This document shows, piece after piece, positions 63,413 through 64,000 of a stretch of 64,000 nucleotides of DNA. Made by a program: the position numbers and the translations under genes. How positions within the stretch are numbered: position 1 is the first letter of the stretch; each line of letters starts with the position of its first letter. The notes below the pieces were generated by a model that saw only the letters and a list, made by a program, of their open reading frames with translations, was not told the DNA's origin and made no database searches. Source of the DNA: Histomonas meleagridis 2922-C6/04-290x (lineage: Eukaryota; Protista; Parabasalia); the NCBI GenBank assembly GCA_020184695.1, contig JAANOX010000201.1:1-64000 (forward strand), in the 5' to 3' direction.

Positions 63413-64000
63413 TTATTCATCAATTTGTTGAGGAGATATCATTCCTTCATTATTCGATTTATGCCTACCCAAAAGAGGTATAAGTTCCATGTCGACTGAT
63501 GATGTATCACTTTCATTAATATAATAAACATCAGTTTTTTCAATCTTTTTCTTACGGCAAACGCAAATTATAATAATAACAATCACAATCAAAATAATAA
63601 CTATAATAACTATAATTATCGGAAGAATTGTTCCCATGAAAACACTCGTTCCACTTGAAGTTATCTGCGTTGAGTTATCTGAATATGATATATTAATTTC
63701 CGTTTCGGACAACTCTGTTAACTCTGATGTTTCTTCAGATATTGTTATTGATGTTAATTCACTTTGTGAAATTACTTCTGTTGTTGCTTCGATTTGCGAA
63801 GATATTTCAGTTTGTGATATTACAGGACTTGAAGTAGTTTCTGTTGTTACTTCTGAACTCGATGTAATTTCAGATAATATCTCAGAACTTGAAGTTGTTT
63901 CTGTTGATGCTTCAGAGCTTGAAATTATTTCTGAGCTTGAAGTTGTTTCTGATGTTACTTCGGAACTCGAAGTTATTACTGTTGATTCATCAATAGTTGA
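63413..64000 (-). CDS. C-terminal part of a type I membrane protein with mucin-like S/T/E stalk (5' end beyond window)
   Basis: Frame open from 64000: repeated ETTSSSE units, TM ILPIIIVIIVIILIVIVIIIICVC, RKKK stop-transfer. Confidence 0.85.
   Translation of the reverse strand, partial: STIDESTVITSSSEVTSETTSSSEIISSSEASTETTSSSEILSEITSSSEVTTETTSSPVISQTEISSQIEATTEVISQSELTSITISEETSELTELSETEINISYSDNSTQITSSGTSVFMGTILPIIIVIIVIILIVIVIIIICVCRKKKIEKTDVYYINESDTSSVDMELIPLLGRHKSNNEGMISPQQIDE

Noticed and set aside
291-63712. Numerous 60-160 aa ORFs overlapping or antisense to long CDS in the track
   Set aside because: Shadow frames of real genes; no independent motifs

Overview
AT-rich eukaryotic DNA from a parabasalid protist (Histomonas/Tritrichomonas/Trichomonas-like; species cannot be fixed from sequence alone). 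Support: intron-poor genes with short intergenic spacers, TCAYT initiator and M3/M5-like promoter motifs, and the typical expanded families (BspA-like LRR surface proteins, DUF3447-ankyrin, R2R3-Myb, Rab/Arf, saposin-like, BEACH-related). About 25 intact CDS are present (gelsolin/severin, SsnA-like amidohydrolase, POC1-like, RasGAP, GH38 alpha-mannosidase, Maf1, Ada1-like, FOP/LisH, SMP, WDR11-like and others), plus one tRNA-Phe(GAA), a mariner relic and several decayed genes. Two structures stand out. (1) Four separate ankyrin-repeat loci are interrupted, repeat after repeat, at the same position (the beta-hairpin tip between D-I-N-x-K-D/N and T-A/P-L). The interruptions are 43-81 nt AT-rich inserts with no usable GT-AG or parabasalid branch-point signals, often carrying stops or frameshifts. 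They leave mostly 90-nt coding blocks and share a conserved 3' motif across loci. This is a candidate non-canonical intron or exon-shuffling system. (2) The right half has an inverted architecture: a ~3.15 kb four-gene inverted duplication brackets two head-to-head BspA genes that share a 221-bp near-identical in-register tract. Two saposin-like genes also share a 387-bp inverted near-identical module.
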